Part shown: positions 37,152 through 46,126 of the stretch, piece after piece | Position numbering within the stretch: the first letter of the stretch is position 1 | Layout: every line of letters starts with the position of its first letter | NCBI RefSeq assembly: GCF_036637135.1 | Contig: NZ_JAVWNC010000003.1 | Coordinates: 1,024-65,023, forward strand | Length of the DNA: 64,000 nucleotides | Source of the DNA: Anaerorhabdus sp. | GTDB lineage: Bacteria > Bacillota_I > Bacilli_A > Erysipelotrichales > Erysipelotrichaceae | Direction: 5' to 3' | The notes under the pieces: model-generated | The model's input: the letters and a program-made list of their open reading frames with translations, nothing else | The model's database searches: none | Told to the model about the DNA's origin: nothing | Program-made: the position numbers and the translations under genes

Positions 37152-37861
37152 TATAGATTGACATGTTCGATTCGCGTTAATGCATCCTTTACATGTGGTA
37201 AGTAATTTCTTCCAACTGGAATTAGGTGACCGTTGTATAAACTAATCTCGGTGGAATTAACATCTTTTATAAATAACATATTGACTAAAAAAGCTCGATG
37301 GCATTGAACAAAGATGTGGTTTGGTAAAGCACCAAGTATTTCTTCTGTTGAACGATATGTTTCGTAATTACCTTGTGTTGTATAAAATAACGCCTTTCTT
37401 AATGATTTTTCAATGTAAACGATATTTTTAAAAGGAATAATTGATGTTTTTCCTTTAAATGATAGTGATAGGCAATTTGTGTTGTTGTCGATTGAATCGA
37501 AGTATTTTTGCATTGCATTGGATAATTGAGAAATATTACTTCTAAAAACAGAATATAGGTGGTCAACTGTATAAACATCTGTAGTAAATTGATTTTCTTC
37601 CATAACAAAAATGATCCTTGTTTTAGGATAAAGTATGTTTATCTTACGAGCTAAATCGATGCCACTAACTTTTTCTAAATGTGTATTTGTGATTAAGATT
37701 TGGAATTCGGTTTTAATGAAATCTTTAAGCAGTTGTGTATGCTCTCTATATGTACTTACAGTAGGCTTTACATCAATTGATTTACAAAATTTCATCACTT
37801 CAGATAAGGTTTCGTTTAGATGATACGGATTTATGTCGCATATGGCTATATTTAAACTCAT
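37151..37861 (-). CDS. LytR/AlgR-type regulator with aspartate-less (pseudo-)receiver domain and C-terminal LytTR domain
   Basis: The LytTR C-terminus is FVQCHRAFLVNMLFIKDV...IPVGRNY. The N-terminal receiver-like fold has ILITNTHL where the phospho-acceptor LDI motif is expected (Asn for Asp). No kinase gene is adjacent. Confidence 0.7.
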   Translation of the reverse strand: MSLNIAICDINPYHLNETLSEVMKFCKSIDVKPTVSTYREHTQLLKDFIKTEFQILITNTHLEKVSGIDLARKINILYPKTRIIFVMEENQFTTDVYTVDHLYSVFRSNISQLSNAMQKYFDSIDNNTNCLSLSFKGKTSIIPFKNIVYIEKSLRKALFYTTQGNYETYRSTEEILGALPNHIFVQCHRAFLVNMLFIKDVNSTEISLYNGHLIPVGRNYLPHVKDALTRIEHVNL

Positions 37862-38054
37862 TTTAATCACGTCCCTATAATAATAATATCAAATCTACGA
37901 TAATAAAAATATTATACACATTGTTTTTGTTACATTATAGATGACGCTCATTACAATAACTCTTAATTGAGACAATGAACAATTAGTTTTTATAAACATG
38001 TGAAGTTATATTCATGTTTAGTAAAATTATCTGGACTAGATTTGTAAACAAGTA

Positions 38055-38591
38055 CTAGTTTTTTAATTCGATATATAGCTTATTACAAAAGTTGATAAGT
38101 TCTTTTTGATTTGATTTATCTTTGAGCCAAGCTATACATTTTGATGCAACATCATTCGCAAAATTATATTGATCCAATGTGATTTCTGTATGATTTAAAG
38201 CTTCTTTTAATTCATCTTCATCAAGTAGTTCAATTGTTCCATCTGGAAAGAAGACTATATCTAAATACAAATCTTCAAAATAAGAATTACCATCAGGCAA
38301 TATGTTATTTTGAAGAGTAACATCAAAATAACACTCAACTAGTGTTTCTGTATCATCAAACATGGCAGTACACCATAAATTATGATTTCTAAAACCTATT
38401 TGTAACCATGAGTATCCATTATCCGCAATACATTTGGATTGGTTTGTAAGTGGGTAAGAAATATACAAAGCTTCTTTCAAATTAATCATTTGTATTAATC
38501 CAGCTTCAGTTTGTGAGTCGATGGTTCTTGATGAAAATTTATACTCGTTTAACCGCCACCATTCTTGTCGTTTCATTGTTTTTGTTTTCAT
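38055..38591 (-). CDS. DUF402-domain protein (Ntdp-like nucleoside tri/diphosphatase family)
   Basis: Start at ATG 38591 after GAGGGA. The core YFDVTLQNN...FEDLYLDIVFFPDGTIELLDEDEL is typical of DUF402. Confidence 0.65.
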   Translation of the reverse strand: MKTKTMKRQEWWRLNEYKFSSRTIDSQTEAGLIQMINLKEALYISYPLTNQSKCIADNGYSWLQIGFRNHNLWCTAMFDDTETLVECYFDVTLQNNILPDGNSYFEDLYLDIVFFPDGTIELLDEDELKEALNHTEITLDQYNFANDVASKCIAWLKDKSNQKELINFCNKLYIELKN

Positions 38592-38607
38592 ACTTAGTCC
38601 CTCATCG

Positions 38608-38623
38608 TGATATAATAATATCA
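38608..38623. promoter_or_regulatory. 16-bp perfect palindrome within overlapping divergent promoters
   Basis: TGATATAATAATATCA carries the plus-strand TATAAT. A minus-strand extended -10 TGTATAAT lies at 38622-38630. Confidence 0.45.
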
Positions 38624-38642
38624 TTATACAGGAGGAGTATTT

Positions 38643-39512
38643 ATGATTAAAGATTTTCATATGCATTCTCTATACAGTGATGATGGTGAGTATTCACCAA
38701 AAGAATTGTGTCAAATGGCTAAGGATAATGGTATTAGTCAAATCGCTCTAACAGACCATGATAGTGTTCATGGCGTTTCAGAGATGATTGAAGAGGGTAC
38801 AAAATTGGGATTAAAAGTCATTCCAGGAATAGAGGTTGATTGTAGTTTTGAAGGGACTAATTTCCATTTGTTAGTTTATCATATGGACTATCGTGACCCG
38901 CGTTATGAGGATATCAAACAGTTTTATTTAAAACAAAATCAAGAAATTGCAATGAAGCAAGTTGAATTATTGGAGTCATATCTTCACATTCATATCGATC
39001 GTGATGCATTGAAATCAATTGAAAAAAATGGTGTTCTTGTACCTGAAGATATTGGGGAACTTTTACTTGAATTACCAGAATTCAAAGATAGTGAGTTTTT
39101 ACTCCCGTATCGTGAAAATGGTAATCGTTGTGATAATCCGTTCTTAAATATTTACTTGGATTTCTTCTCGCAAGGTAAACCAGCATATGTTTCTGGGGAA
39201 ATGCTAACGGTGCAATCGGTGCTTGATATAGCCAAAGAAACACATGGGGTAACAGTTGTTGCACATCCGGGATTGAATTTCAAAGGCAAAGATGATATTT
39301 TCTTGCGCCTACTTGATTTAGGTATACAAGGGATAGAGGTTGAAAGTAATTATCATGCCCTTGAACAAACTAAGTTCTATTATGATATTGCGAAGGCACG
39401 AAATCTTATTATGACAAGTGGTAGTGATTTTCATGGTAAAAATAAACCTGCAATAAAAATGGGTACATTTGGTTGTGAGATTGAAGATTTTGTAAATAAC
39501 TTAACAGAATAA
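38643..39512 (+). CDS. PHP-domain phosphoesterase (TrpH/YciV-like)
   Basis: N-terminal DFHMHSLYSDDG, TDHDSVHG, and later VAHPG and SGSDFHG metal-binding motifs. Confidence 0.8.
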   Translation: MIKDFHMHSLYSDDGEYSPKELCQMAKDNGISQIALTDHDSVHGVSEMIEEGTKLGLKVIPGIEVDCSFEGTNFHLLVYHMDYRDPRYEDIKQFYLKQNQEIAMKQVELLESYLHIHIDRDALKSIEKNGVLVPEDIGELLLELPEFKDSEFLLPYRENGNRCDNPFLNIYLDFFSQGKPAYVSGEMLTVQSVLDIAKETHGVTVVAHPGLNFKGKDDIFLRLLDLGIQGIEVESNYHALEQTKFYYDIAKARNLIMTSGSDFHGKNKPAIKMGTFGCEIEDFVNNLTE

Positions 39513-39583
39513 GTAATTGAACTTTAATTTTATAGAGCTTTTTGATATAATAAACCAGTAAAAAACGAAGGGTGGAATAAATT

Positions 39584-40303
39584 ATGGGTCGTGCACATGA
39601 AGTGCGAGCTGCGTCAATGGCAAAAACTGCAGCATTAAAAACTAAACTTTATTCAAGATTTGGTAAAGAATTGTATATGGCTGCGAAGGCAGGTGTTCCT
39701 GATCCGGATATGAATCAAGGGCTTAAACGTAAAATTGCAGAAGCAAAGGCAAATCAAATACCTGCGGACGTTGTTAAACGTGCAATTGAAAAAGCGAAGG
39801 GAGCATCAAATGAAAACTATGATCCAGTTCGTTATGAAGGATTTGGTCCTGGTGCTTCAACAATCGTAATTGATTGCTTAACTGATAACGTAAATCGTAG
39901 TGTAAGTGCTGTAAAGACATGTTTCAATAAAGCTCATGCAAAAATGGGAGTTGCTGGATGTGTTTCACATAGCTATGATACGGTTGGATTGTTCTCATTT
40001 CCATATGAAGATGAAGAAACAATGTTAGATGCTTTAATCAATGCTGAAGTAGAAGTTACGGATGTTGAAATTGAAGATGGTATTATGTCAGTTTATACTG
40101 CTCCAACGGATTTTGGTAAAGCGCAAAAAGCGATTGAAGATTTAATTCCTGAGGTTAAATTTGATGTATGTGAAATTACATTATTTCCACAAGAATATGT
40201 TCAATTGGAAACTGATGAAGATAAAGAATTATGGGAACGTTTAATCACATTATTAAATGATTGTGAAGATGTTCAATCGATTTATCATAACGTAAAAAAT
40301 TAA
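39584..40303 (+). CDS. yebC: YebC/PmpR-family DNA-binding regulator
   Basis: MGRAHEVRAASMAKT... and YEGFGPGASTIVIDCLTDN are family hallmarks. Confidence 0.9.
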   Translation: MGRAHEVRAASMAKTAALKTKLYSRFGKELYMAAKAGVPDPDMNQGLKRKIAEAKANQIPADVVKRAIEKAKGASNENYDPVRYEGFGPGASTIVIDCLTDNVNRSVSAVKTCFNKAHAKMGVAGCVSHSYDTVGLFSFPYEDEETMLDALINAEVEVTDVEIEDGIMSVYTAPTDFGKAQKAIEDLIPEVKFDVCEITLFPQEYVQLETDEDKELWERLITLLNDCEDVQSIYHNVKN

Positions 40304-40325
40304 AAGGTGATTAGTCACCTTTTTA
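40302..40325. terminator. Terminator (likely bidirectional)
   Basis: AAAAGGTGA-TTAG-TCACCTTTTT. Confidence 0.8.
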
Positions 40326-40381
40326 ATTTGTATTTATACTGTAGATTTATATTTATGGATTAAAGTCTCGTTGAGATTCGA

Positions 40382-40951
40382 TTACAATAGGTTTATTTGG
40401 GTCTTAATTGCTTTTGTTAATGCGGCAAATAAATTATCTCCATCTTCAATAAACCAACCATCATCAGTTTTTATACATACAACATCAAAAGTTTTAACTA
40501 AACTTGGATTCGCACGCATATATGCTTTGTGATAAGCATCTGCTATTTTTTGATCGTAAACATCAGGATTCGCATGATCATCAAAAGCTTGGATAAAATA
40601 TTCAAGGTAGTTTTCTTTTAGCTCGATGCAACTGTAATAAGTAATGGTTAATTTATAAGTTACTTGATTAGCTTGGCTATCCACAAGATCAAAACTAGTT
40701 TCCATTTCTTTTAATATACGCATGACTTCTTTTGTTGTTTGTGTGCTGTTGGTATATTCTTGAAAACCTTCGAATTCTTCTTGTATATTTTGGTCTATAG
40801 GTTGGCTTAGATAGGTGTTCATTTTGTCAAAGTCAAATGTTTTGAATCCACTTAAAAATGCATGCATCGTCCCATCAGAAGTTGAAGGTCTAGGTGCACA
40901 TCCGACTAATAATAAACACAATGTTATTGCCAATAATTTCTTTATCTTCAT
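40382..40951 (-). CDS. Lipoprotein of unknown function
   Basis: Start at M7. Lipobox LLLVGCAP. Soluble acidic domain. Confidence 0.6.
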   Translation of the reverse strand: MKIKKLLAITLCLLLVGCAPRPSTSDGTMHAFLSGFKTFDFDKMNTYLSQPIDQNIQEEFEGFQEYTNSTQTTKEVMRILKEMETSFDLVDSQANQVTYKLTITYYSCIELKENYLEYFIQAFDDHANPDVYDQKIADAYHKAYMRANPSLVKTFDVVCIKTDDGWFIEDGDNLFAALTKAIKTQINLL

Positions 40952-41010
40952 ATTTTTTCCATTATCCATTTAATTTGATATAATAATTATACATGAATAA
41001 GGAGCTAACC

Positions 41011-41409
41011 ATGAAAAGAATTTTAACTTATGGAACTTATGATTTACTACATTGGGGTCATATTCGTTTATTAAAACGTGCTAAAGAAATGGGAGACTAC
41101 TTAATTGTAGCTTTATCAACTGATGAATTTAATGCGATTAAAGGTAAAAAGGCCTATCACCCATATGAAGAAAGAAAAATGATGTTAGAAGCTATTCGCT
41201 ATGTTGATTTGGTTATTCCTGAAAACACATGGGAACAAAAAAAAGACGACATACAAAATTATTTTGCTGACGCCTTGGTTATGGGGGATGATTGGGAAGG
41301 TAAGTTTGATGATTTAGAGAAATATTGTGAAGTTGTTTATTTGCCGAGAACAGAGGGCATATCAACAACTAAAATTAAACATGATTTAGAAAGTGCTACT
41401 GAGGAGTAG
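41011..41409 (+). CDS. tagD: Glycerol-3-phosphate cytidylyltransferase
   Basis: ATG 41011 follows AAGGAG. GTYDLLHWGHIRLLKRA (HxGH), RTEGISTT. Confidence 0.9.
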   Translation: MKRILTYGTYDLLHWGHIRLLKRAKEMGDYLIVALSTDEFNAIKGKKAYHPYEERKMMLEAIRYVDLVIPENTWEQKKDDIQNYFADALVMGDDWEGKFDDLEKYCEVVYLPRTEGISTTKIKHDLESATEE

Positions 41410-42526
41410 TACTTTTTATGTATTGAGGTCCACCTATTTCTTTTTTGATAAGTTCATCGCGTTTAGTTTCATCCATTTGAGATGTATAAAGGAGTGTTGT
41501 TCTAAATTCAAGTTTACGATAGGCTTCTGGGATTTGAGCAAACTTGCTTGCGACTTTTATTTCTTTTTCGGAAAGGAATTTTAAATAATTACGACCTGTT
41601 TCGTTAAATGCTAGTATTCTTAAAGTGTCTAATGGGGGGAGATTCTTAACTTCATCCTTGGTAACACGATTTAATAGTTGTATACAAGAACGTTGAATCC
41701 TAGATGTTGTATACCTTCTTGTAGTTGATTTATTCAAGAATTCTTCGAAAGTTGCACAATGCATTGCTTGGTTGATGAGGTGGTTTTCGATTCCTTCATT
41801 AAACAAAAAGATATTGGATAATTCTTTAGGATTACTTGTCAGTAATATTGTACGTAAGTAAGGATAAAAATCTTTAAGTTGCACGCAAACAGAGTTTTCT
41901 AACTCTTGTGTCATTGGTGTTGTGTCTTGGATATTAGTATGATTAAAGATTGCTTTGCGTATCGCGGAAGCACTCGCAATTTGTTGGTGAATCATTTGAT
42001 CGTGGTAATGAACTGTTCGTTGTATTGTATAAGGTTTAATTGCGGTGTTATTAAGTTCTTTCAAGTAGGCAACACCTAAAATATCATTTGGTTCCATTTC
42101 TTTGGCTAAAAGCCCGTAAGATTTAGGAAAACTATGACCAGCATGTAAAGATTCTTTTAGATGATCTACATGGATACATGAATCTGCCATTTCTTGGAGT
42201 TCTTCTAAGTTATTTGATTCACTACCGAATACTAAACTATCGATTTGCGCAAGCTTTAGACAATCTATAGCTCCTTTAGCAAAGTGGGATGCACTTTGTG
42301 TAGCGTAAATATAAGGTAACTCTATAACGCAATCGACACCATATTCAACGGCTTTTTTAGCGCGTTGCCATTTATCAATAATTGCAGGTTCACCACGTTG
42401 AACAAAGTTGCCAGACATAACCGCAACTAAAACATCACATTGGCTGATTTCTCTTGCTCTTTGAATGTGATGGTAATGTCCATTATGAAATGGATTGTAT
42501 TCAACGATAATTCCACATATTTTCAT
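41396..42526 (-). CDS. tmcAL: tRNA(Met) cytidine acetate ligase TmcAL (YlbM/DUF795 nucleotidyltransferase)
   Basis: N-terminus GIIVEYNPFHNGHYHHI, then MSGNFVQRGEPA. Confidence 0.85.
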   Translation of the reverse strand: MKICGIIVEYNPFHNGHYHHIQRAREISQCDVLVAVMSGNFVQRGEPAIIDKWQRAKKAVEYGVDCVIELPYIYATQSASHFAKGAIDCLKLAQIDSLVFGSESNNLEELQEMADSCIHVDHLKESLHAGHSFPKSYGLLAKEMEPNDILGVAYLKELNNTAIKPYTIQRTVHYHDQMIHQQIASASAIRKAIFNHTNIQDTTPMTQELENSVCVQLKDFYPYLRTILLTSNPKELSNIFLFNEGIENHLINQAMHCATFEEFLNKSTTRRYTTSRIQRSCIQLLNRVTKDEVKNLPPLDTLRILAFNETGRNYLKFLSEKEIKVASKFAQIPEAYRKLEFRTTLLYTSQMDETKRDELIKKEIGGPQYIKSTTPQ

Positions 42527-42606
42527 ATTATCACCTGCTTTATTCTATCATAATTCTTCTTGTTATTAATAAAAATATGTTATGATAGTTAAGCGAGGTG
42601 AAGCAT

Positions 42607-43512
42607 ATGAAAGTTGAATTATCTTACAACATATACCGTCCTCAAGAGTATGCTTTGGGTATTATTCAAATTATTCATGGGATGAGTGAATATGGACAAC
42701 GATATGAGAAGTTTGCTCAATACTTGTGTAAAAAAGGTTTTGTGGTAATTACTTATGACCATCGAGGCCATGGATCTACATGTTTAAATACAGAAGATCT
42801 TGGTTTTTTTGACTCGGAAGAGGGTTGGTTAAAGCTAATTGAAGATGCACATTTTATAACAGATATTGTAAAACGCGAATATCCACCTGAAGTTCCGTTT
42901 ATCTTGTTTGGGCATAGTATGGGATCGTTGGTGGCACGTAGCTATTTGAAACGCTTTGATTATGAATTGAATGGCTTAATACTTAGTGGAGCTCCAAATT
43001 ATCAACTTGCGGCTCGTGCTGGGGTTTTGCTTGCAAAGCATTACGTAAAGAAGAATGGCGAGAAGGGAAGAACACCTTTCCTAGAAGAATTATCTACAGG
43101 ACAGTTTGCCAAGAAATTTAAAAATGGTAAAACTGAATTTGATTGGTTAAGTAAAAACCCAGATAATGTACAATCGTATATTAACGACCCACTTTGTGGA
43201 TTTCCATTTACAAACAAAGGTTATGAAGATTTATTTAGATTAATGTGTGATATGCATTCAACTAAGGGATGGAAATGCACAAAAAAAGATTTACCGATAT
43301 TTTTTATAGCTGGTGAAGAAGATCCTTGTACCGGTGGAAATAAAGGATTATTGAGTTCAATTAATAGTCTAAAAAAGGCTGGATATAGTAATTTATCACA
43401 ACTTGTTTACCCTGAACTTAGACATGAAATATTAAATGAAAAGGAACAAGATACCATTTATGAAGATATTTATCGATGGATTTGTAAACATTGCTTGAAG
43501 AAGAATGGCTAA
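42607..43512 (+). CDS. Alpha/beta hydrolase (lysophospholipase/monoacylglycerol lipase-like)
   Basis: Nucleophile elbow GHSMGS. DHRGHG. C-terminal HEILNE carries the catalytic His. Confidence 0.8.
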   Translation: MKVELSYNIYRPQEYALGIIQIIHGMSEYGQRYEKFAQYLCKKGFVVITYDHRGHGSTCLNTEDLGFFDSEEGWLKLIEDAHFITDIVKREYPPEVPFILFGHSMGSLVARSYLKRFDYELNGLILSGAPNYQLAARAGVLLAKHYVKKNGEKGRTPFLEELSTGQFAKKFKNGKTEFDWLSKNPDNVQSYINDPLCGFPFTNKGYEDLFRLMCDMHSTKGWKCTKKDLPIFFIAGEEDPCTGGNKGLLSSINSLKKAGYSNLSQLVYPELRHEILNEKEQDTIYEDIYRWICKHCLKKNG

Positions 43513-43517
43513 AACGA

Positions 43518-43546
43518 TTGACTTTAGAGGTGTCTTTCTCTATAAT
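43518..43546 (+). promoter_or_regulatory. Sigma-A type promoter for yceD-rpmF
   Basis: TTGACT, a 17-nt spacer, then TATAAT. Confidence 0.65.
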
Positions 43547-43575
43547 TAATGCGTTAACGAATAGGAGTATAGCGT

Positions 43576-44088
43576 GTGAAATGGACAAGGGCTGAGCTGT
43601 TAAATTTGCAAGAGAATCAAATCCATTTTGATGAATTTGTAGAGTTTGATAAGAACACATTCAAAATGAATGAGCGTTTAAGAGATTTGCACGATATACA
43701 TGTAAGCGGGGTTGGATACTTTAGTTCTACATCAAATGAATTTGAAGTAGAATTAGAGATTACGGGAATCATGGAATGCCCATGTGCCATAACCAACGAA
43801 TCAGTGGATGTACCATTTGATACCTGTTGCCATGAAGTCTTCTCATTTGCAGAAACAGATGATGTTGACGTCCATGTAGTTAAGAATGAAATCATTGAAT
43901 TGATTCCTGTTATCTTCCAACTTATAAATCTTGAGGTACCTCTTAAGGTAGTAAAAGATGGTCCAATTGATTATCCTAAAGGTAATGGTTGGCAAATTAT
44001 GAGCGAAGAAGATTATGAAAAGTCGAAGGGCAGTCAGATTGACCCTCGATTAGCAAAACTAAAAGATTTCAAAATTGAAAATGATTAG
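43576..44088 (+). CDS. yceD: YceD-family (DUF177) protein
   Basis: GTG start after AGGAG. Cys pair CPCAITNE...C. Conserved position immediately upstream of rpmF. Confidence 0.8.
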   Translation: MKWTRAELLNLQENQIHFDEFVEFDKNTFKMNERLRDLHDIHVSGVGYFSSTSNEFEVELEITGIMECPCAITNESVDVPFDTCCHEVFSFAETDDVDVHVVKNEIIELIPVIFQLINLEVPLKVVKDGPIDYPKGNGWQIMSEEDYEKSKGSQIDPRLAKLKDFKIEND

Positions 44089-44099
44089 GAGGTGCCAAA

Positions 44100-44246
44100 A
44101 TGGCTGTACAACAAAGAAGAAATTCTAAAACTAGAAAAAACAAACGTAGAACTCATTTCAAACTAGATGCTCCAACACTAGTTAAATGTCCTGCATGTGG
44201 GGAACTTAAAAAACCTCACTTCATGTGCGCATGTGGAAATAAATAG
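44100..44246 (+). CDS. rpmF: 50S ribosomal protein L32
   Basis: Not in the ORF track (48 aa). GGAGG lies 7 nt upstream. Translation is [48 protein letters not shown], with the CxxC...CxC zinc knuckle. Confidence 0.93.
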   Translation: MAVQQRRNSKTRKNKRRTHFKLDAPTLVKCPACGELKKPHFMCACGNK

Positions 44247-44268
44247 TAAGATTCTTACTATTTTTTTT
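44244..44268 (+). terminator. rpmF terminator 1
   Basis: Stem TAGTAAG/CTTACTA followed by T8. Confidence 0.6.
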
Positions 44269-44279
44269 ATGTTTAAAAT

Positions 44280-44305
44280 GACCGAAAAATTCGGTCTTTT
44301 ATTTT
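44280..44305 (+). terminator. rpmF terminator 2 (tandem)
   Basis: Stem GACCGA/TCGGTC followed by TTTTATTTT. Confidence 0.7.
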
Positions 44306-44384
44306 GTCAAAAAGTCCTTATTTAAAAGGCTAATTGAATGATTTTCAAGTAAGTGAAATAATTAACATTTTATGAAAAAAAGTG

Positions 44385-44413
44385 TTAACAAATACCTGGA
44401 TATGTATTATAAT
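44385..44413 (+). promoter_or_regulatory. dcw (mraZ) promoter
   Basis: TTAACA, a 17-nt spacer, then TATAAT (44408-44413). Confidence 0.6.
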
Positions 44414-44450
44414 GTGGGAGTAAGTGGTAAGAAGTGGTAGATAGTGGGAG
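44414..44450 (+). promoter_or_regulatory. MraZ operator: four GTGG(G/T)A direct repeats at exact 10-bp spacing
   Basis: GTGGGAG (44414), GTGGTAA (44424), GTGGTAG (44434) and GTGGGAG (44444) lie directly between the -10 box and the mraZ start. The last repeat contains the mraZ Shine-Dalgarno GGGAGG. Confidence 0.75.
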
Positions 44451-44456
44451 GTTCTT

Positions 44457-44885
44457 GTGTTTATAGGTGAATTCAGACACAATCTTGACTCAAAGAAAAG
44501 AGTAATTATTCCAGCTAAATTTCGTGAGGAATTAGGGGAGCTTTTCATTGTGACACGTGGATTGGATGGATGCTTAACTGTATACACTATGGAACAATGG
44601 ACACTATTACTTGAACAATTAAAAAAATTACCATCAACCAAAAAAGAAACTCGACTTTATGTACGTAGTATCACTTCTAAGGCAACTGAATGTGAATGCG
44701 ATGCACAAGGTAGAATTCAATTACCAAGTTATTTGATTAGTGAAGCTGCAATTGAAAAAGAATGTGTCATTGTAGGTGTTGCTGATCATGTAGAAATATG
44801 GTCTGAAACACGTTGGGAAGGCTATCAAGAGGGAAGCGAATCATTTGAAGATGTTGCTGAACAATTGACTGATTTCTTGTTGTAA
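44457..44885 (+). CDS. mraZ: Transcriptional regulator MraZ
   Basis: GTG start. Two SpoVT-AbrB-like repeats with DSKKRVIIPAKFR and DAQGRIQLPSYL. Confidence 0.93.
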   Translation: MFIGEFRHNLDSKKRVIIPAKFREELGELFIVTRGLDGCLTVYTMEQWTLLLEQLKKLPSTKKETRLYVRSITSKATECECDAQGRIQLPSYLISEAAIEKECVIVGVADHVEIWSETRWEGYQEGSESFEDVAEQLTDFLL

Positions 44886-45835
44886 TGGAACACATAAGCG
44901 TATTACTCCATGAGACAGTAGATGGATTAGCTGTTAAAGAAAATGGCTTATACATTGATGGAACTCTTGGAAGAGGTGGACACAGCTTACTTGTAGTAGA
45001 ACAATTGAAAGATGGACATTTATTTGCGTTTGATAAAGATCAAAAGGCAATTGAGGAGTCAAAGGTACGTCTTGAAGATTACTTAAATCACATAACATTC
45101 ATTCATGATGATTTCAAAAACATGAAAAAAGATTTAGAAGAAAAAGGTATCACAGAAGTTGATGGTATAATGATGGATCTTGGAGTTTCATCACCACAAT
45201 TTGACGATGCATCAAGAGGGTTTAGTTATCGATTTGATGCAAAACTAGATATGAGAATGGATCAAAGCCAAGAATTAACGGCATATGATGTAGTAAATAA
45301 ATATGATTTTCACGATTTAATGAGAATTTTATATCAATATGGCGAAGAAAAATTTGCAAAACAAATAGCTCGCAGTATTGAAAGAAATAGATTGATTAAG
45401 CCAATTGAAACAACATTTGAATTGGTGGATGTTATTAAACAAGCATTACCAATGAAAGTGTTAAGTAAAAAGGGACATCCTGCAAAACAAACATTTCAAG
45501 CTATTCGCTTAGAAGTAAATGGTGAACTTGAATCGTTGAAACAAGGATTAAGAGATGCGACAAGCATGTTAAAAGTTGGAGGAAGATGTTCCATCATCAC
45601 ATTCCACTCACTTGAAGACCGCATCGTAAAAGAATTATTTAATGAATTATCAACAGTTGAACAAATTGATAAAAGGATTCCATTACTACCAGAACAAATG
45701 GAAACGCCTGAATTTAAATTGATTAATAAAAAACCAATACTAGCTAGTGATGATGAATTGGCGATAAACAATCGATCACATAGCGCAAAACTTAGAGTAT
45801 TAGAGAGGGTAAAGAATAATGGCAAAGATTGTTAA
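44885..45835 (+). CDS. rsmH: 16S rRNA (cytosine1402-N4)-methyltransferase RsmH
   Basis: HISVLLHE, DGTLGRGGHS, DLGVSSPQ, SLEDR. Confidence 0.95.
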   Translation: MEHISVLLHETVDGLAVKENGLYIDGTLGRGGHSLLVVEQLKDGHLFAFDKDQKAIEESKVRLEDYLNHITFIHDDFKNMKKDLEEKGITEVDGIMMDLGVSSPQFDDASRGFSYRFDAKLDMRMDQSQELTAYDVVNKYDFHDLMRILYQYGEEKFAKQIARSIERNRLIKPIETTFELVDVIKQALPMKVLSKKGHPAKQTFQAIRLEVNGELESLKQGLRDATSMLKVGGRCSIITFHSLEDRIVKELFNELSTVEQIDKRIPLLPEQMETPEFKLINKKPILASDDELAINNRSHSAKLRVLERVKNNGKDC

Positions 45836-46124
45836 GAAGAAAAAAGTTAAAAAATTACGTTTACAAAATTTTACCGTTGTATTATTTTTGTTTGCAGGAT
45901 TAGCATCTTTGGGTTCTAGTTTATTCTTGCGTTCATACAACAATTCTTTAAGCGTAGCAAAACAAAAAATAGATGTTGAGATTGCTTCATATCAAACTGA
46001 AAATGAAGCTGTTAAGGTTGAAATCCAAACTTTAAGTTCTCGTGATCGTATTGAATCAATTGCGAGCGATGCTGGACTTGAATCTAACTCTAACAACATA
46101 GTAACTATCGCTAGCGGAGAATAG
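45819..46124 (+). CDS. ftsL: Cell division protein FtsL
   Basis: Basic N-terminus, one TM, a coiled-coil, and the dcw position after rsmH. Confidence 0.75.
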   Translation: MAKIVKKKKVKKLRLQNFTVVLFLFAGLASLGSSLFLRSYNNSLSVAKQKIDVEIASYQTENEAVKVEIQTLSSRDRIESIASDAGLESNSNNIVTIASGE

Positions 46125-46126
46125 AA

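Noticed and set aside
37937-37945. ATAGATGAC half-site upstream of the aspartate-less LytTR regulator gene
   Set aside because: Only 7 of 9 positions match TAAGATGAC, and no partner repeat occurs at the 21-bp register. It is mentioned under the findings but not annotated as an operator.
41393-41584. 63-aa plus-strand ORF downstream of tagD. Also ORFs 43418-43660, 43617-43895 and 44345-44641.
   Set aside because: They are antisense to tmcAL, the hydrolase gene, yceD or mraZ, or they span promoter and operator regions. None has translation signals.
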